This document shows, piece by piece, positions 1 to 9,504 of a stretch of 64,000 nt of DNA (positions are counted from its first letter, which is position 1; each line of letters opens with the position of its first letter). The stretch is from an uncultured Lachnospiraceae bacterium (lineage in GTDB: Bacteria; Bacillota; Clostridia; Oscillospirales; CAG-272), in assembly GCA_964490165.1 (NCBI GenBank), contig CAZBAR010000001.1, positions 156,213 through 220,212 of the forward strand. The letters are read 5' to 3'. Under the pieces are notes generated by a model. It was not told where the DNA came from. It saw only the letters and a program-made list of their open reading frames with translations, and did not search any database. Both the position numbers and the translations under genes were made by a program.

Positions 1-186
1 CTGCCTGTTTATACAGGTCTTAATAATGTAAAATTCCGTTCGCCGGTAAGACCCGGCGATACGGTTGAGACACAGTGCAGTATCGAAAGAGCAAAGCATC
101 CCTTTTATTTCGCCAAAGGTACTGTTACAGTAGACGGAAGACTTTGTGTATCAGCTGAATTTTCCTTTGCAATCACAGGAGCGTAA
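1..186 (+). CDS. fabZ: 3-hydroxyacyl-ACP dehydratase FabZ, C-terminal 61 codons (5' end outside the window)
   Basis: Frame 1 is open from base 1 to TAA at 184-186. The translation ...VKFRSPVRPGDTVETQC...GTVTVDGRLCVSAEFSFAI matches the hot-dog fold C-terminus of FabZ. It sits directly upstream of accCDA, as in clostridial fab clusters. Confidence 0.8.
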   Translation: MPVYTGLNNVKFRSPVRPGDTVETQCSIERAKHPFYFAKGTVTVDGRLCVSAEFSFAITGA

Positions 187-332
187 TGTCTGAAAATAAA
201 AGTGCGTCGGGAGACGTATATCTGCTGTTTTCAGATCCGATTTGTTTCTTTTTGTTCTGAGGAACAAAATTTTCTTATGCCACGGGGCAGAAGAAAAACA
301 AAACAAATTCAAAGAAAGAGATGGTCATAACT

Positions 333-1640
333 ATGTTTTCAAAAATACTGATTGCCAACCGCGGCGAGATCGCTGTCCGCATTATCCGTGCCTGTAAGGA
401 AATGGGCGTGGCTACAGTTGCTGTATATTCCGAAGCGGATAAAAATGCTCTGCACGTGGCACTTGCCGATCAAAGCTATTGCATCGGCGGTCCCGAAGCC
501 TCGGAAAGCTATCTGAATGAAAATCAAATTATCAGCACTGCCATTTTGTCGGGTGCTCAGGCAATTCATCCGGGCTATGGCTTTCTTTCTGAAAACGCGC
601 ATTTTGCAAGGCTTTGCAGAAAAAACGGTCTTGTATTTATCGGCCCCGATCCCGAAAGTATGGAGCGCCTGAGTGATAAAGCGATTTTGAAAGAGCTTAT
701 CCGTTCTACAGGTCTTTCCGTGATCCCCGGCACAAAAGCCGTGGCATCTGTTGAAGAAGCAAAAAAAGCCGCAGGAAGGATAGGTTATCCCGTTATGCTG
801 AAGGCCTGTGCAGGCGGCGGCGGACGCGGTATCCGACTGATAAGGGCTGAGGACGAGCTGGAGGAGGCGTATCTGCAGGCGACAAGCGAAGCTGTCAGTG
901 CTTTTGGCGACGGCAGTGTATATATAGAAAAATACATCTTCCCGGCAAGGCACGTTGAACTTCAGATCCTCGCTGATGAACACGGAAACGCCGTGTGCCT
1001 AGGAGACAGAGACTGCTCATTACAGCGAAGAAATCAAAAGCTTCTTGAAGAAACTCCGTCTCCCGCGGTAAATAATGAGCAAAGAAAGTATATTATCGAC
1101 CTTGCGGTAGATGCAGTAAAAAAGATCGGATATGTAGGAGCCGGAACGCTCGAATTTTTGCTGGATCAGGACGGCAATTTCTGGTTTATGGAAATGAATG
1201 TCCGCTTGCAGGTGGAGCACTGCGTTACGGAAATGCTGACGGGATATGATCTCGTAAAATGGCAGATCCGCATTGCCGCGGGCATACCCTTGAATTTTAC
1301 GCAAAAAGATATTCGGATGAACGGATCTGCAATTGAATGCCGTATCAACGCGGGAAGCTGCGGAACACTGAAGTCACTCCATGTTCCGGGAGGTCCTTCA
1401 GTCCGATTCGATACCTGCCTGATAGAAGGCACGGTAGTTTCTCCGTATTACGATTCACTGCTCGGAAAGCTCATCGTGTTTGCCAAAACACGGGAAGAAA
1501 CACTGCGAAAGATGCGGGCGTCCTTGTGTGAATTGCTGATCGAAGGCATACCGACAAATATTGAGGAACAGCTTAAAATCGTGGAGGATGAGCGTTTCAC
1601 CTCCGGAAATTATGATCTAACATTTATGGGAAACAGGTGA
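333..1640 (+). CDS. accC: Acetyl-CoA carboxylase, biotin carboxylase subunit
   Basis: MFSKILIANRGEIAVRIIRACKEMG..., an ATP-grasp domain and ...EMNVRLQVEH. The start was moved to the ATG at 333, which gives the canonical N-terminus (the ORF track starts at 321). Confidence 0.95.
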   Translation: MFSKILIANRGEIAVRIIRACKEMGVATVAVYSEADKNALHVALADQSYCIGGPEASESYLNENQIISTAILSGAQAIHPGYGFLSENAHFARLCRKNGLVFIGPDPESMERLSDKAILKELIRSTGLSVIPGTKAVASVEEAKKAAGRIGYPVMLKACAGGGGRGIRLIRAEDELEEAYLQATSEAVSAFGDGSVYIEKYIFPARHVELQILADEHGNAVCLGDRDCSLQRRNQKLLEETPSPAVNNEQRKYIIDLAVDAVKKIGYVGAGTLEFLLDQDGNFWFMEMNVRLQVEHCVTEMLTGYDLVKWQIRIAAGIPLNFTQKDIRMNGSAIECRINAGSCGTLKSLHVPGGPSVRFDTCLIEGTVVSPYYDSLLGKLIVFAKTREETLRKMRASLCELLIEGIPTNIEEQLKIVEDERFTSGNYDLTFMGNR

Positions 1641-1644
1641 TAGA

Positions 1645-2505
1645 ATGGCAGCGATAAATTTTTTGAAACCGAAAAACCTGTTAGAGGAAGGCGGACGCAC
1701 TTCCGCTCCGGTGCATCGGGACGATGGCGAACCGGAAAAGAATTGCCCTAATTGCCACAAGGATATTCCTCTCAGCCGCCTTTGGGCAAACAATCTTGTT
1801 TGTCCCTGTGGATACCATTTTCGTATGAAAGCCCGTCAGCGTATTCAGATGATCACCGATAAAAACAGCTTTCATGAGCTGTATTCGGGAATGAAAGCCG
1901 GCAATCCTCTGAACTTTCCGGGATATAAGGACAAAGTGGAAACTGTACGCGTGGCAAGCGGGGAAGAGGAAGCCGTTGTTTGCGGTACAGCTATGATAGG
2001 AAAGAAAAAGTGCTGTCTGTTTGTGATGGAATCTTATTTCATGATGGGCAGTATGGGAAGTGCTGTCGGTGAAAAGATAACCTCCCTTTTTGAGTATGCC
2101 GTAAAGTACCGCTTGCCGGTGATCGGCTTTACCGTATCAGGAGGTGCACGTATGCAGGAAGGTCTTTTATCCTTAATGCAGATGGCAAAAACGAGTGCCG
2201 CGATCAAACGTCACAGCGACGCAGGACTTTTATATATCGCCGTGCTTACCGATCCTACAACCGGCGGAGTAACTGCCAGCTTTGCTATGGAGGCGGACAT
2301 CATTCTGGCAGAACCTGAAGCCACTGTCGGCTTTGCCGGGGCAAGAGTTATAGAACAAACGACAAAAAAAGCTCTTCCCGATGGATTTCAAAAGTCTGAG
2401 TTTGTTTTGAAGCATGGATTTATAGACAGTATTATTGCCCGTTCCGGCCAAAAGAAATATCTGACAGAGCTTTTGCAAATGCATGATGGGAGGGCGATCT
2501 TATGA
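1645..2505 (+). CDS. accD: Acetyl-CoA carboxylase carboxyltransferase beta subunit
   Basis: N-terminal Zn-ribbon CPNC...CPCG and a carboxyltransferase domain (GGARMQEG, MAKTSAA). Position between accC and accA. Confidence 0.93.
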   Translation: MAAINFLKPKNLLEEGGRTSAPVHRDDGEPEKNCPNCHKDIPLSRLWANNLVCPCGYHFRMKARQRIQMITDKNSFHELYSGMKAGNPLNFPGYKDKVETVRVASGEEEAVVCGTAMIGKKKCCLFVMESYFMMGSMGSAVGEKITSLFEYAVKYRLPVIGFTVSGGARMQEGLLSLMQMAKTSAAIKRHSDAGLLYIAVLTDPTTGGVTASFAMEADIILAEPEATVGFAGARVIEQTTKKALPDGFQKSEFVLKHGFIDSIIARSGQKKYLTELLQMHDGRAIL

Positions 2506-3293
2506 ATGAATCAGCTTATGAACGGGTAAAGCTTGCCCGTGATAACAACAGACCGACCGGGCTTGACTATATCCGGAACATATTCAACGGATTTATTGAG
2601 TTTCACGGTGATCGCTGCTATGCGGATGATACGGCGATCGTCGGAGGCATTGCGAAGCTGAACGGCAATCCTGTTACTGTTATAGCAATCGAAAAAGGTC
2701 ATACTGCAAAGGAGCGGACCTATCGCAACTTCGGCGCGCCGCATCCGGAGGGTTATCGCAAGGCACTGCGCCTGATGAAACAAGCGGAAAAGTTCGGCAG
2801 ACCTATTATCTGTTTTATTGATACCTCAGGTGCTTACTGCGGCATCGGCGCGGAAGAGCGCGGACAGGGGCAGGCAATTGCCGAAAATCTGGTGGAAATG
2901 TCGACGCTGTGTGTTCCGATCATATCTGTTCTTATCGGCGAAGGCGGCAGCGGCGGCGCTTTGGCGCTGGCGGTAGCCGACAGGGTCTGGATGCTGCAAA
3001 ACGCTGTTTATTCGGTCATTTCTCCAGAAGGCTGCGCAAGCATTCTTTGGAAAGACTCATCAAAAGCAGAAATGGCAGCGGCGAGCCTGAAGCTGACTGC
3101 GGAGGATGCGAAGAGTCTCGGTATAATTGAGCGCATTCTCTCAGAAAAAGAAATCGGCAAAAAAGAGTTTTATGATCGCATTCGCGGATTATTGGTTGAA
3201 GAAGTCAAAGAACTGTCAGGCGATCTTGACCTTGTAGGAAACCGCTATGACAGATTTCGTGGTATCGGTGTCAGTGCGGTTGTGAAGGAGTAA
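2502..3293 (+). CDS. accA: Acetyl-CoA carboxylase carboxyltransferase alpha subunit
   Basis: RPTGLDYI..., FIDTSGAYCGIGAEERGQG and GEGGSGGALA motifs. It has a 4-nt overlap with accD. Confidence 0.93.
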   Translation: MNESAYERVKLARDNNRPTGLDYIRNIFNGFIEFHGDRCYADDTAIVGGIAKLNGNPVTVIAIEKGHTAKERTYRNFGAPHPEGYRKALRLMKQAEKFGRPIICFIDTSGAYCGIGAEERGQGQAIAENLVEMSTLCVPIISVLIGEGGSGGALALAVADRVWMLQNAVYSVISPEGCASILWKDSSKAEMAAASLKLTAEDAKSLGIIERILSEKEIGKKEFYDRIRGLLVEEVKELSGDLDLVGNRYDRFRGIGVSAVVKE

Positions 3294-3429
3294 GTCTGAA
3301 AATAAAGTTAAACATAAATCGACAGTATAGCGTTTTCAGACACGATTTGTGCCTTTTGCCCGGACAGCACGGGCGAATTCCGCTTACAGCGGAGCCGACA
3401 CAAATCCAAAGAAAGGTGTGGTCATAATA

Positions 3430-5064
3430 ATGAGTATATATAAAAAATATTGCCATGAAGTTACCGATGAACACGGGAACTTGAAAAAGCTTACCCTGGA
3501 CTATCCAGATAATTTCAACTTCGGTTATGATGTTGTCGATCAGATAGCAGATGAAACGCCGCATAAGAGGGCGCTGGTATGGTGTAATGTGGAAGGCGAA
3601 GAACACATCTTTACTTTCGCGGACATTAAGAAATACAGCAATCAGATGGCAAACGTGTTCCGTGCTTCCGGTATCGGCAGCGGCGACCGTGTTATGCTGA
3701 TTTTGAAGCGCCACTATGAATATTGGTTTGCGGCGGTAGCATTGCATAAGCTGGGAGCTGTTATGATCCCTGCAACACATATGCTGACGGTAAGTGATCT
3801 TGTATACCGTATCAGGACCTCCAAGGTCAAAGCGATCGTATGTACTTCTCAGAATGAGGTTCCGGATAAAGTTTCGGCAGCCTTGAAGGAGTCGGAAATG
3901 TCAGCAAAGCTTTGGTGCGTGCAGGCAGATGCGGACGGTTTTGAAAACATCACTTCTGCAATGGAAAAAGCAAGCGGCGAATTTGACCGTATTCCCACAT
4001 CGGCAGCAGATCCTATGATCTTGTATTTTACCTCCGGCACTACAGGTTATCCAAAAGGCGTGATACACGATCATACGTATCCTCTTGCTCACATTGCAAC
4101 GGCGAAGTATTGGCAGCAGGCGGAAGATAACGGACTTCACTTCACTGTAGCGGAAACCGGCTGGGCAAAAGCGTCATGGGGAAAGATCTACGGTCAATGG
4201 CTTATCGGCAGTGCGGTTATGGTTTATGATTTTGATAATTTTGAACCCAAGCAGCTTACCCATGTCATCAACCGTTACGGTGTAACCTCTTTCTGCGCTC
4301 CTCCTACGGTCTATCGTTATCTTGTTCGCAAAGGCATTCCGGATATGCCCATGCTGAAGCACGCTTCAACTGCGGGCGAGATGCTGGCGCCTGAAGTTTT
4401 TCGCAAGTTTACCGAGCGCACGGGAATTCCCCTTTGCGAGGGATACGGACAGACTGAAACGGCACTTCTTATGGCAAACTTTAAGGGAAATGAGGCGGTT
4501 GAAGGCTCAATGGGAACTCCTTCGCCCTTCTATAATATTGAGCTTCGCGGAAAGGACGGAAAGCCTGTTGCTGCCGGACAGATCGGTGAGATAGTCATTG
4601 TGCCGCCGAAGGACGGAAAACAGACGGGAGTTTTTACCGCTTATCTTGATAATGAAGAACAGTATAACTATGTATGGCGCGGCGGCGTGTATCATACGGG
4701 CGACGCGGCATATATGGATGAAAACGGACGCTATTGGTTCCACGGCCGTTTTGATGATATCATTAAAACCGGCGGGTTCCGTGTAGGTCCTTATGAAGTG
4801 GAAAATGTTCTGATGGAGCACCCTGCTGTAGTGGAGTGCAGTGTGATCGGAGTGCCTGATCCTCTCAGAGGTCAATCGATAAAAGCAGTTGTCGTGCTCG
4901 GTCAGGGATATGATCCCACAAAGGAGCTTGAATTTGAGGTAAAAGAATTCTGCAATCAAAGACTTGCGGAATATAAGTGGATCCGAACTATTGAATTTGT
5001 GGACGAAATGCCGAAAACCATCAGCGGAAAAATACAAAAGACTGTTCTGCGCAGTCAGAATTAG
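3430..5064 (+). CDS. AMP-dependent acyl-CoA synthetase/ligase (medium-chain type)
   Basis: AMP-binding motifs YFTSGTTGYPKGV, GYGQTE, YHTGD and a C-terminal ...SGKIQK. ATG at 3430 is preceded by AAAGGTG. The ORF-track N-terminal extension looks non-native. Confidence 0.85.
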   Translation: MSIYKKYCHEVTDEHGNLKKLTLDYPDNFNFGYDVVDQIADETPHKRALVWCNVEGEEHIFTFADIKKYSNQMANVFRASGIGSGDRVMLILKRHYEYWFAAVALHKLGAVMIPATHMLTVSDLVYRIRTSKVKAIVCTSQNEVPDKVSAALKESEMSAKLWCVQADADGFENITSAMEKASGEFDRIPTSAADPMILYFTSGTTGYPKGVIHDHTYPLAHIATAKYWQQAEDNGLHFTVAETGWAKASWGKIYGQWLIGSAVMVYDFDNFEPKQLTHVINRYGVTSFCAPPTVYRYLVRKGIPDMPMLKHASTAGEMLAPEVFRKFTERTGIPLCEGYGQTETALLMANFKGNEAVEGSMGTPSPFYNIELRGKDGKPVAAGQIGEIVIVPPKDGKQTGVFTAYLDNEEQYNYVWRGGVYHTGDAAYMDENGRYWFHGRFDDIIKTGGFRVGPYEVENVLMEHPAVVECSVIGVPDPLRGQSIKAVVVLGQGYDPTKELEFEVKEFCNQRLAEYKWIRTIEFVDEMPKTISGKIQKTVLRSQN

Positions 5065-5076
5065 ACGGATAAAACG

Positions 5077-6084
5077 ATGCGTATCCTTATTGATGTAATG
5101 GGCGGCGATCACGCGCCCGACGAAATATTAAAAGGAGCTTTTTCCGCCTCCGGCAAATGCGATGCGGATATCACTCTTGTCGGCGACAGGGAAGCTATCC
5201 TGAGAGGAATAGAGCAAAATAGTGCCGATGCTGACCGATTTGATATCGTTGGCACGGATTGTGTTGTCACAATGGAGGACGATCCGATGTGGGCAGTTCA
5301 TAAAAAGAAAAATTCCTCTATGATGGTGGCGTTGAGGCTTCTTGCTGAAGAAAAGGGCGATGCCGTTGTCAGCGCCGGAAATACGGGAGCTCTCTTTTCA
5401 GGTGCGCACCTGATAGTGAAGCGCTCAGAGGGCGTGAAGCGCGCGGCGATCGGTACACTTCTGCCCGGGACAAAACCGTGCTTGCTGTTGGATGCAGGTG
5501 CAAATGTAACTGTCACGGAAGAATATCTGGAACAGTTTGCGGTGATAGGGTCTGCCTATATGCATAAGGTGTACGGCATTGAAGAGCCTGAGGTGGGAAT
5601 CCTGAATAACGGCAGCGAGGAATGCAAAGGAACAAGCTTGCAGATCGAGACGGGTAAAAGGCTGAGAGCCAATCAGGCAATTCGTTTTATCGGGAATGTA
5701 GAAGCTTCGTCTGTTATGGACGGGGCTTGCGATGTTGTCGTGTGTGATGGGTTTACGGGTAATATCTTTCTGAAATCGGCGGAAGGTATGGGCATAAAAA
5801 TGCTGAGATCCCTGAAAGAGGTGTATTCCGAAGACTTTTTATCGAAGCTGTCCTACCTTATAATACGTAAAAAGCTGCATAAGCTCAAAAGGCAGTTTGA
5901 CCCGCATGAGTACGGCGGCTCTCCGATACTCGGAATTGCAAAGCCGGTTGTAAAAGCACACGGCTCTTCCAATGCTCTTGCTTTTGAAAATGCTGTTCTT
6001 CAGACTGTACGCTATGCCGACAGTCACGTGATAGAAGAAATAAGCAATCGTGCAACGGAAGCTGCCGCCGGCGATGGCACATAA
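5077..6084 (+). CDS. plsX: Phosphate acyltransferase PlsX
   Basis: MRILIDVMGGDHAP..., ...DGFTGNIFLK... and ...YGGSPILG are typical PlsX motifs. Confidence 0.92.
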   Translation: MRILIDVMGGDHAPDEILKGAFSASGKCDADITLVGDREAILRGIEQNSADADRFDIVGTDCVVTMEDDPMWAVHKKKNSSMMVALRLLAEEKGDAVVSAGNTGALFSGAHLIVKRSEGVKRAAIGTLLPGTKPCLLLDAGANVTVTEEYLEQFAVIGSAYMHKVYGIEEPEVGILNNGSEECKGTSLQIETGKRLRANQAIRFIGNVEASSVMDGACDVVVCDGFTGNIFLKSAEGMGIKMLRSLKEVYSEDFLSKLSYLIIRKKLHKLKRQFDPHEYGGSPILGIAKPVVKAHGSSNALAFENAVLQTVRYADSHVIEEISNRATEAAAGDGT

Positions 6085-6225
6085 GCTGACGTCCGTAATG
6101 GGCAGTAGGTAATAATAAAAAAATTTGTAAAAAAGTCAAAATTCTGATATAATTATTTTGTATAATAATTTTAACTTTTTTTATCCCATCGGCAGAGAAC
6201 GCGATCTCTGCAAAAAGGAGTTAGC

Positions 6226-8340
6226 GTGAAAATGCGGAAATCTGTAACCGCTGTATACTTTTTCACGCCGTATTACGCCGTAAGGCGTACATACGTTTGT
6301 GCCCGCGGCGCAAATGCAAGGAAAGGCATGAAGATTTTTATGAACAATATGCTAACCAATACGGAGGATATACTTGATCGGCAGATCAGCGGCTTTCATC
6401 AGTACATATTAAGCGATCCTGTTCATTTGAGCTATGTGAGCCGGAATTTTTGTGAGATGGTAAACATCCCAAAAGATGAATTGCTTCACGAAAGCAAGGA
6501 TCTTTATATGCTGCTGGTCCATCCCGCCGACCGTGAAAAGTATTCCGATTTCCTACACAGTCTTTCAGGTAAGGAGCAAACGCTTACCGCAGAGTACCGC
6601 CTGATAAAAAAGGACGGCTCTGTGATCTGTGTAAGGGATACTGTTACGTCTGAACGGTTGGACGACGGCACGCTCGTCGGCTCTTCTGTTCTTACCGAAA
6701 TAACAGACATTAACGCTGAAAACAACAATCTGCAGTTTTTGAACGAAACTATTCCATGCGGATTTTTGAAATATACCTGTGAGAAGCAGCCAAAGATCAC
6801 ATATATCAATCAGACGATGATCGATCTGTTTCGTTTTCCGAAAGCGGCGGACGGAGAGCTGGATTATCTTGAGATGTATAAAAGCAATATCTTCCTGATG
6901 ATACCCATGGAGGAGCGCCGCAGATTTTCCAAGTATCTGAACCGTGTTTATTCCGCTGACGCTCCCATTGCAGGAGAAATGACATTGCTCCGTTGCGACG
7001 GAACACGTGTATACGTGTTTGGATGGGTAACAAAGTGTGTAAACGAGCAGGGCGTGGAGGAGTTTCAAAGTGTCTGTATGGACATTACCGAACGGCACCA
7101 TACACGAAAGGCGACTGAGACTAAGCGTTATCTGAAGGCGCTTGCCGATGTTTACGATAAGATATTTGAGTTTGATCTTGATGCCAATACCGTAAAATGT
7201 CTGCATTGCGGTGATACGTCAACATTCAAAGTTTTTGAAAATATCACAATGCAGATCGATGAAGCATTGGAAAAATGGATCATAGGCGCCGTTCATACGG
7301 AGTATCGTGACAGAGTACGCGCATTTTTCAAGGATTTCTGTCAGAGAAAGCCTTGCGAGCCTGATACTCCACCGCAGATAACCTATGTGGCAAAGGCGTC
7401 TGACGGCGAAGGCAAGCAATATAACGGTATCTTTATTAAGATGGACGAGTCCGTCAGCTTTTTCTGCTGCCGATGTGTTCAGAGAACGGAAGAGACTGAA
7501 ATGCTGCGCACGGAGAACGTCCAGTTAAAAGAGAATATGAAAGAGCTTGTTATGCGTTTTTCTGACGGCATAGCAGCTTTTGAGGTAACGGCAAGCGGAT
7601 CGGTGAAGCCTTTGTATGCAAGTGAAAACGTATATGAGTTTTTTGGGTACACAAAGGAAGAATGGCTTCTCTTGACCGAAAAATACACCCCGGTAGAAAA
7701 CTTTGTTGCGTACAGTGAAGCGGCTTACGAAGATTTTGCAGAGCTTCTCAGAACCGGCGAGGCTGAATTTACCTACTTTGACTATAAGACTGAAACAGAG
7801 CATCGAATTAAGGCAATATGCTCTCAGAGAGAACCCAGCGTGAATTCTTCAAGATATGTTATGCTGTATTCTGTTGATGATGCTGAATTGGGCGAGAAGA
7901 AGGGTTTGACCGAAAACCGCACCGTTTTTATCCGGACTTTCGGATACTTCGATGTGTTTGTAGGGGATAAGCCTATAGCTTTCAGAAACAAGAAATCAAA
8001 AGAATTGTTTGCGCTTCTTGTTGACCGAAAAGGCGGATATGTTACCTCGGAAGAGGCAATAGGATTTCTCTGGGAAGATGAACCTGCTAATACCGTAACG
8101 CTGTCAAGATACAGAAAGGTGGCACTTCGACTGAAGAACACTCTGGAGGAATACGGTATTACTGATGTAATCGAGACTGTTGACGGCAAAAGACGAATCG
8201 TAACGGGAAAGGTTGAATGCGATCTGTATAACTATCTGTCCGGTAAGGAAGAGTATTCGCAGCTCTTTAAGGGCAGCTATCTGACAAATTACAGCTGGGC
8301 GGAAACGACCTTGGGTGAGCTGACGAATAATCAGGAATAG
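6226..8340 (+). CDS. Multi-PAS one-component regulator with a C-terminal OmpR/SARP-type winged-helix DNA-binding domain
   Basis: Repeated PAS-like segments (e.g. YRLIKKDGSVICVRD, LLRCDGTRVYVFGW). The C-terminus FIRTFGYFDVFVGDKPIAFRNKKSKELFALLVDRKG...SRYRKVALRLKNTLEEYG is typical of winged-helix trans_reg_C/BTAD-associated domains. The start is uncertain: GTG 6226 has an AAAGGAG SD, and an alternative ATG lies at 6328. Confidence 0.7.
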   Translation: MKMRKSVTAVYFFTPYYAVRRTYVCARGANARKGMKIFMNNMLTNTEDILDRQISGFHQYILSDPVHLSYVSRNFCEMVNIPKDELLHESKDLYMLLVHPADREKYSDFLHSLSGKEQTLTAEYRLIKKDGSVICVRDTVTSERLDDGTLVGSSVLTEITDINAENNNLQFLNETIPCGFLKYTCEKQPKITYINQTMIDLFRFPKAADGELDYLEMYKSNIFLMIPMEERRRFSKYLNRVYSADAPIAGEMTLLRCDGTRVYVFGWVTKCVNEQGVEEFQSVCMDITERHHTRKATETKRYLKALADVYDKIFEFDLDANTVKCLHCGDTSTFKVFENITMQIDEALEKWIIGAVHTEYRDRVRAFFKDFCQRKPCEPDTPPQITYVAKASDGEGKQYNGIFIKMDESVSFFCCRCVQRTEETEMLRTENVQLKENMKELVMRFSDGIAAFEVTASGSVKPLYASENVYEFFGYTKEEWLLLTEKYTPVENFVAYSEAAYEDFAELLRTGEAEFTYFDYKTETEHRIKAICSQREPSVNSSRYVMLYSVDDAELGEKKGLTENRTVFIRTFGYFDVFVGDKPIAFRNKKSKELFALLVDRKGGYVTSEEAIGFLWEDEPANTVTLSRYRKVALRLKNTLEEYGITDVIETVDGKRRIVTGKVECDLYNYLSGKEEYSQLFKGSYLTNYSWAETTLGELTNNQE

Positions 8341-8349
8341 AGGCACGGT

Positions 8350-8757
8350 ATGATCAGATATACACACAAGGTAAATTATTACGAGACCGATAAAATGGGC
8401 ATCACCCACCATTCAAATTATATTCGTTTTATGGAAGAAGCGAGAATGTGCTTTCTTGAAAAGATCGGTTATCCAATGACCCGATTGGAAGCGGAGGGCA
8501 TTGCTTCCCCTGTGGTGTCGGTCAGCTGTGAGTACAAGCATCCGACCACATACGACGATAATATCGAAATTGAGATAAGCCTTGAGCGATATACCGGAGT
8601 AAAGCTGACATTTGCGTATACTATGAGAAATGCTGATACAGGTGACATAGTGGCACTTGCGGCTTCTTCCCACTGTTTTATTGACAAAGAAGGCAGACCT
8701 ATCGCCGTTAAAAAGCGCTTTCCTGAAATCGATCAGGTATTAAGAGAGGGACTCTGA
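8350..8757 (+). CDS. Acyl-CoA thioesterase, 4HBT/YbgC family
   Basis: VNYYETDKMGITHHSNYIRFMEEAR is the classic hot-dog thioesterase N-terminus. Length is 135 aa. Confidence 0.8.
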   Translation: MIRYTHKVNYYETDKMGITHHSNYIRFMEEARMCFLEKIGYPMTRLEAEGIASPVVSVSCEYKHPTTYDDNIEIEISLERYTGVKLTFAYTMRNADTGDIVALAASSHCFIDKEGRPIAVKKRFPEIDQVLREGL

Positions 8758-8961
8758 TACCGCAGCGGTTATCGCTTAGTTAATAACGAGCTCTGAATTG
8801 TTTTCAGTAATGAGAACGGTATTAAAGAACTATAAACCTGAAAATGCAAAAGTCAAGTTGTTTCACCAGCTTGGCTTTTGCTTATTTTTATGATATAATT
8901 GATATGATAAAACGAGATTTGTTGCAAAGAAGACTGAGCCTGTTATTTGGGGATAATAAGT

Positions 8962-9432
8962 ATGAAGTATGATTGGATTGATTATACATCCTCATACAAG
9001 AATGTAGTTGATTCTTGGATTGATGAGGATGCAAAGAGATTCACTGGTTGTGATGAAGGATTTGATGAGTATTATCAATACTGGGCAAACGATACCGAAA
9101 CAAAACTCGGTGAGAACTTTTGGGCAAAAATTATTATTGTTGATAATGACCCGGTAGGGATTATTGCGATTGGATTATGGGATAGTGTTTTTACTATATC
9201 AGAGTTCATTATCCGACCGGACAGACGAGGCGAGGGGCTAGGTTCATCGGCTCTTGCACAATTGCTCGCTCAGTCGAAAAATATCATTGGAGTTGAAATT
9301 AAAGACGCGAATGCGGTGATTTTTCCAAACAATGCCTTATCACAAAAAGCATTTGAAAAAGCAGGATTTATATTTTATTCGGAACACCCCAACGGAGATG
9401 CTTGGAATTATTGTTATCACAACAATACTTGA
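8962..9432 (+). CDS. GNAT-family N-acetyltransferase
   Basis: ...IRPDRRGEGLGSSALAQLL...AFEKAGF matches the acetyl-CoA binding motif (R-x-x-G-x-G/A). I prefer the ATG at 8962 over the upstream TTG. Confidence 0.65.
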   Translation: MKYDWIDYTSSYKNVVDSWIDEDAKRFTGCDEGFDEYYQYWANDTETKLGENFWAKIIIVDNDPVGIIAIGLWDSVFTISEFIIRPDRRGEGLGSSALAQLLAQSKNIIGVEIKDANAVIFPNNALSQKAFEKAGFIFYSEHPNGDAWNYCYHNNT

Positions 9433-9504
9433 TTTTTTGGGCAGTGCGTTACATAGCAAAGTATGTAAACAAATGTAATCAAATGAGGCTATAGGGACAT
9501 TGTT

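Noticed and set aside
187-332. Expected accB (biotin carboxyl carrier protein) between fabZ and accC.
   Set aside because: No ORF is present in the 146-bp spacer. In clostridial clusters accB lies upstream of fabZ, which is outside this window, so its absence here is not anomalous.
339-983. 214-aa minus-strand ORF inside accC. Comparable antisense ORFs lie at 4507-5112, 6565-7206, 23631-24560, 29724-30410, 36343-36927 and 43290-43862.
   Set aside because: Each lies wholly within a longer ORF on the other strand that has clear family motifs. None has an RBS or a recognisable domain.
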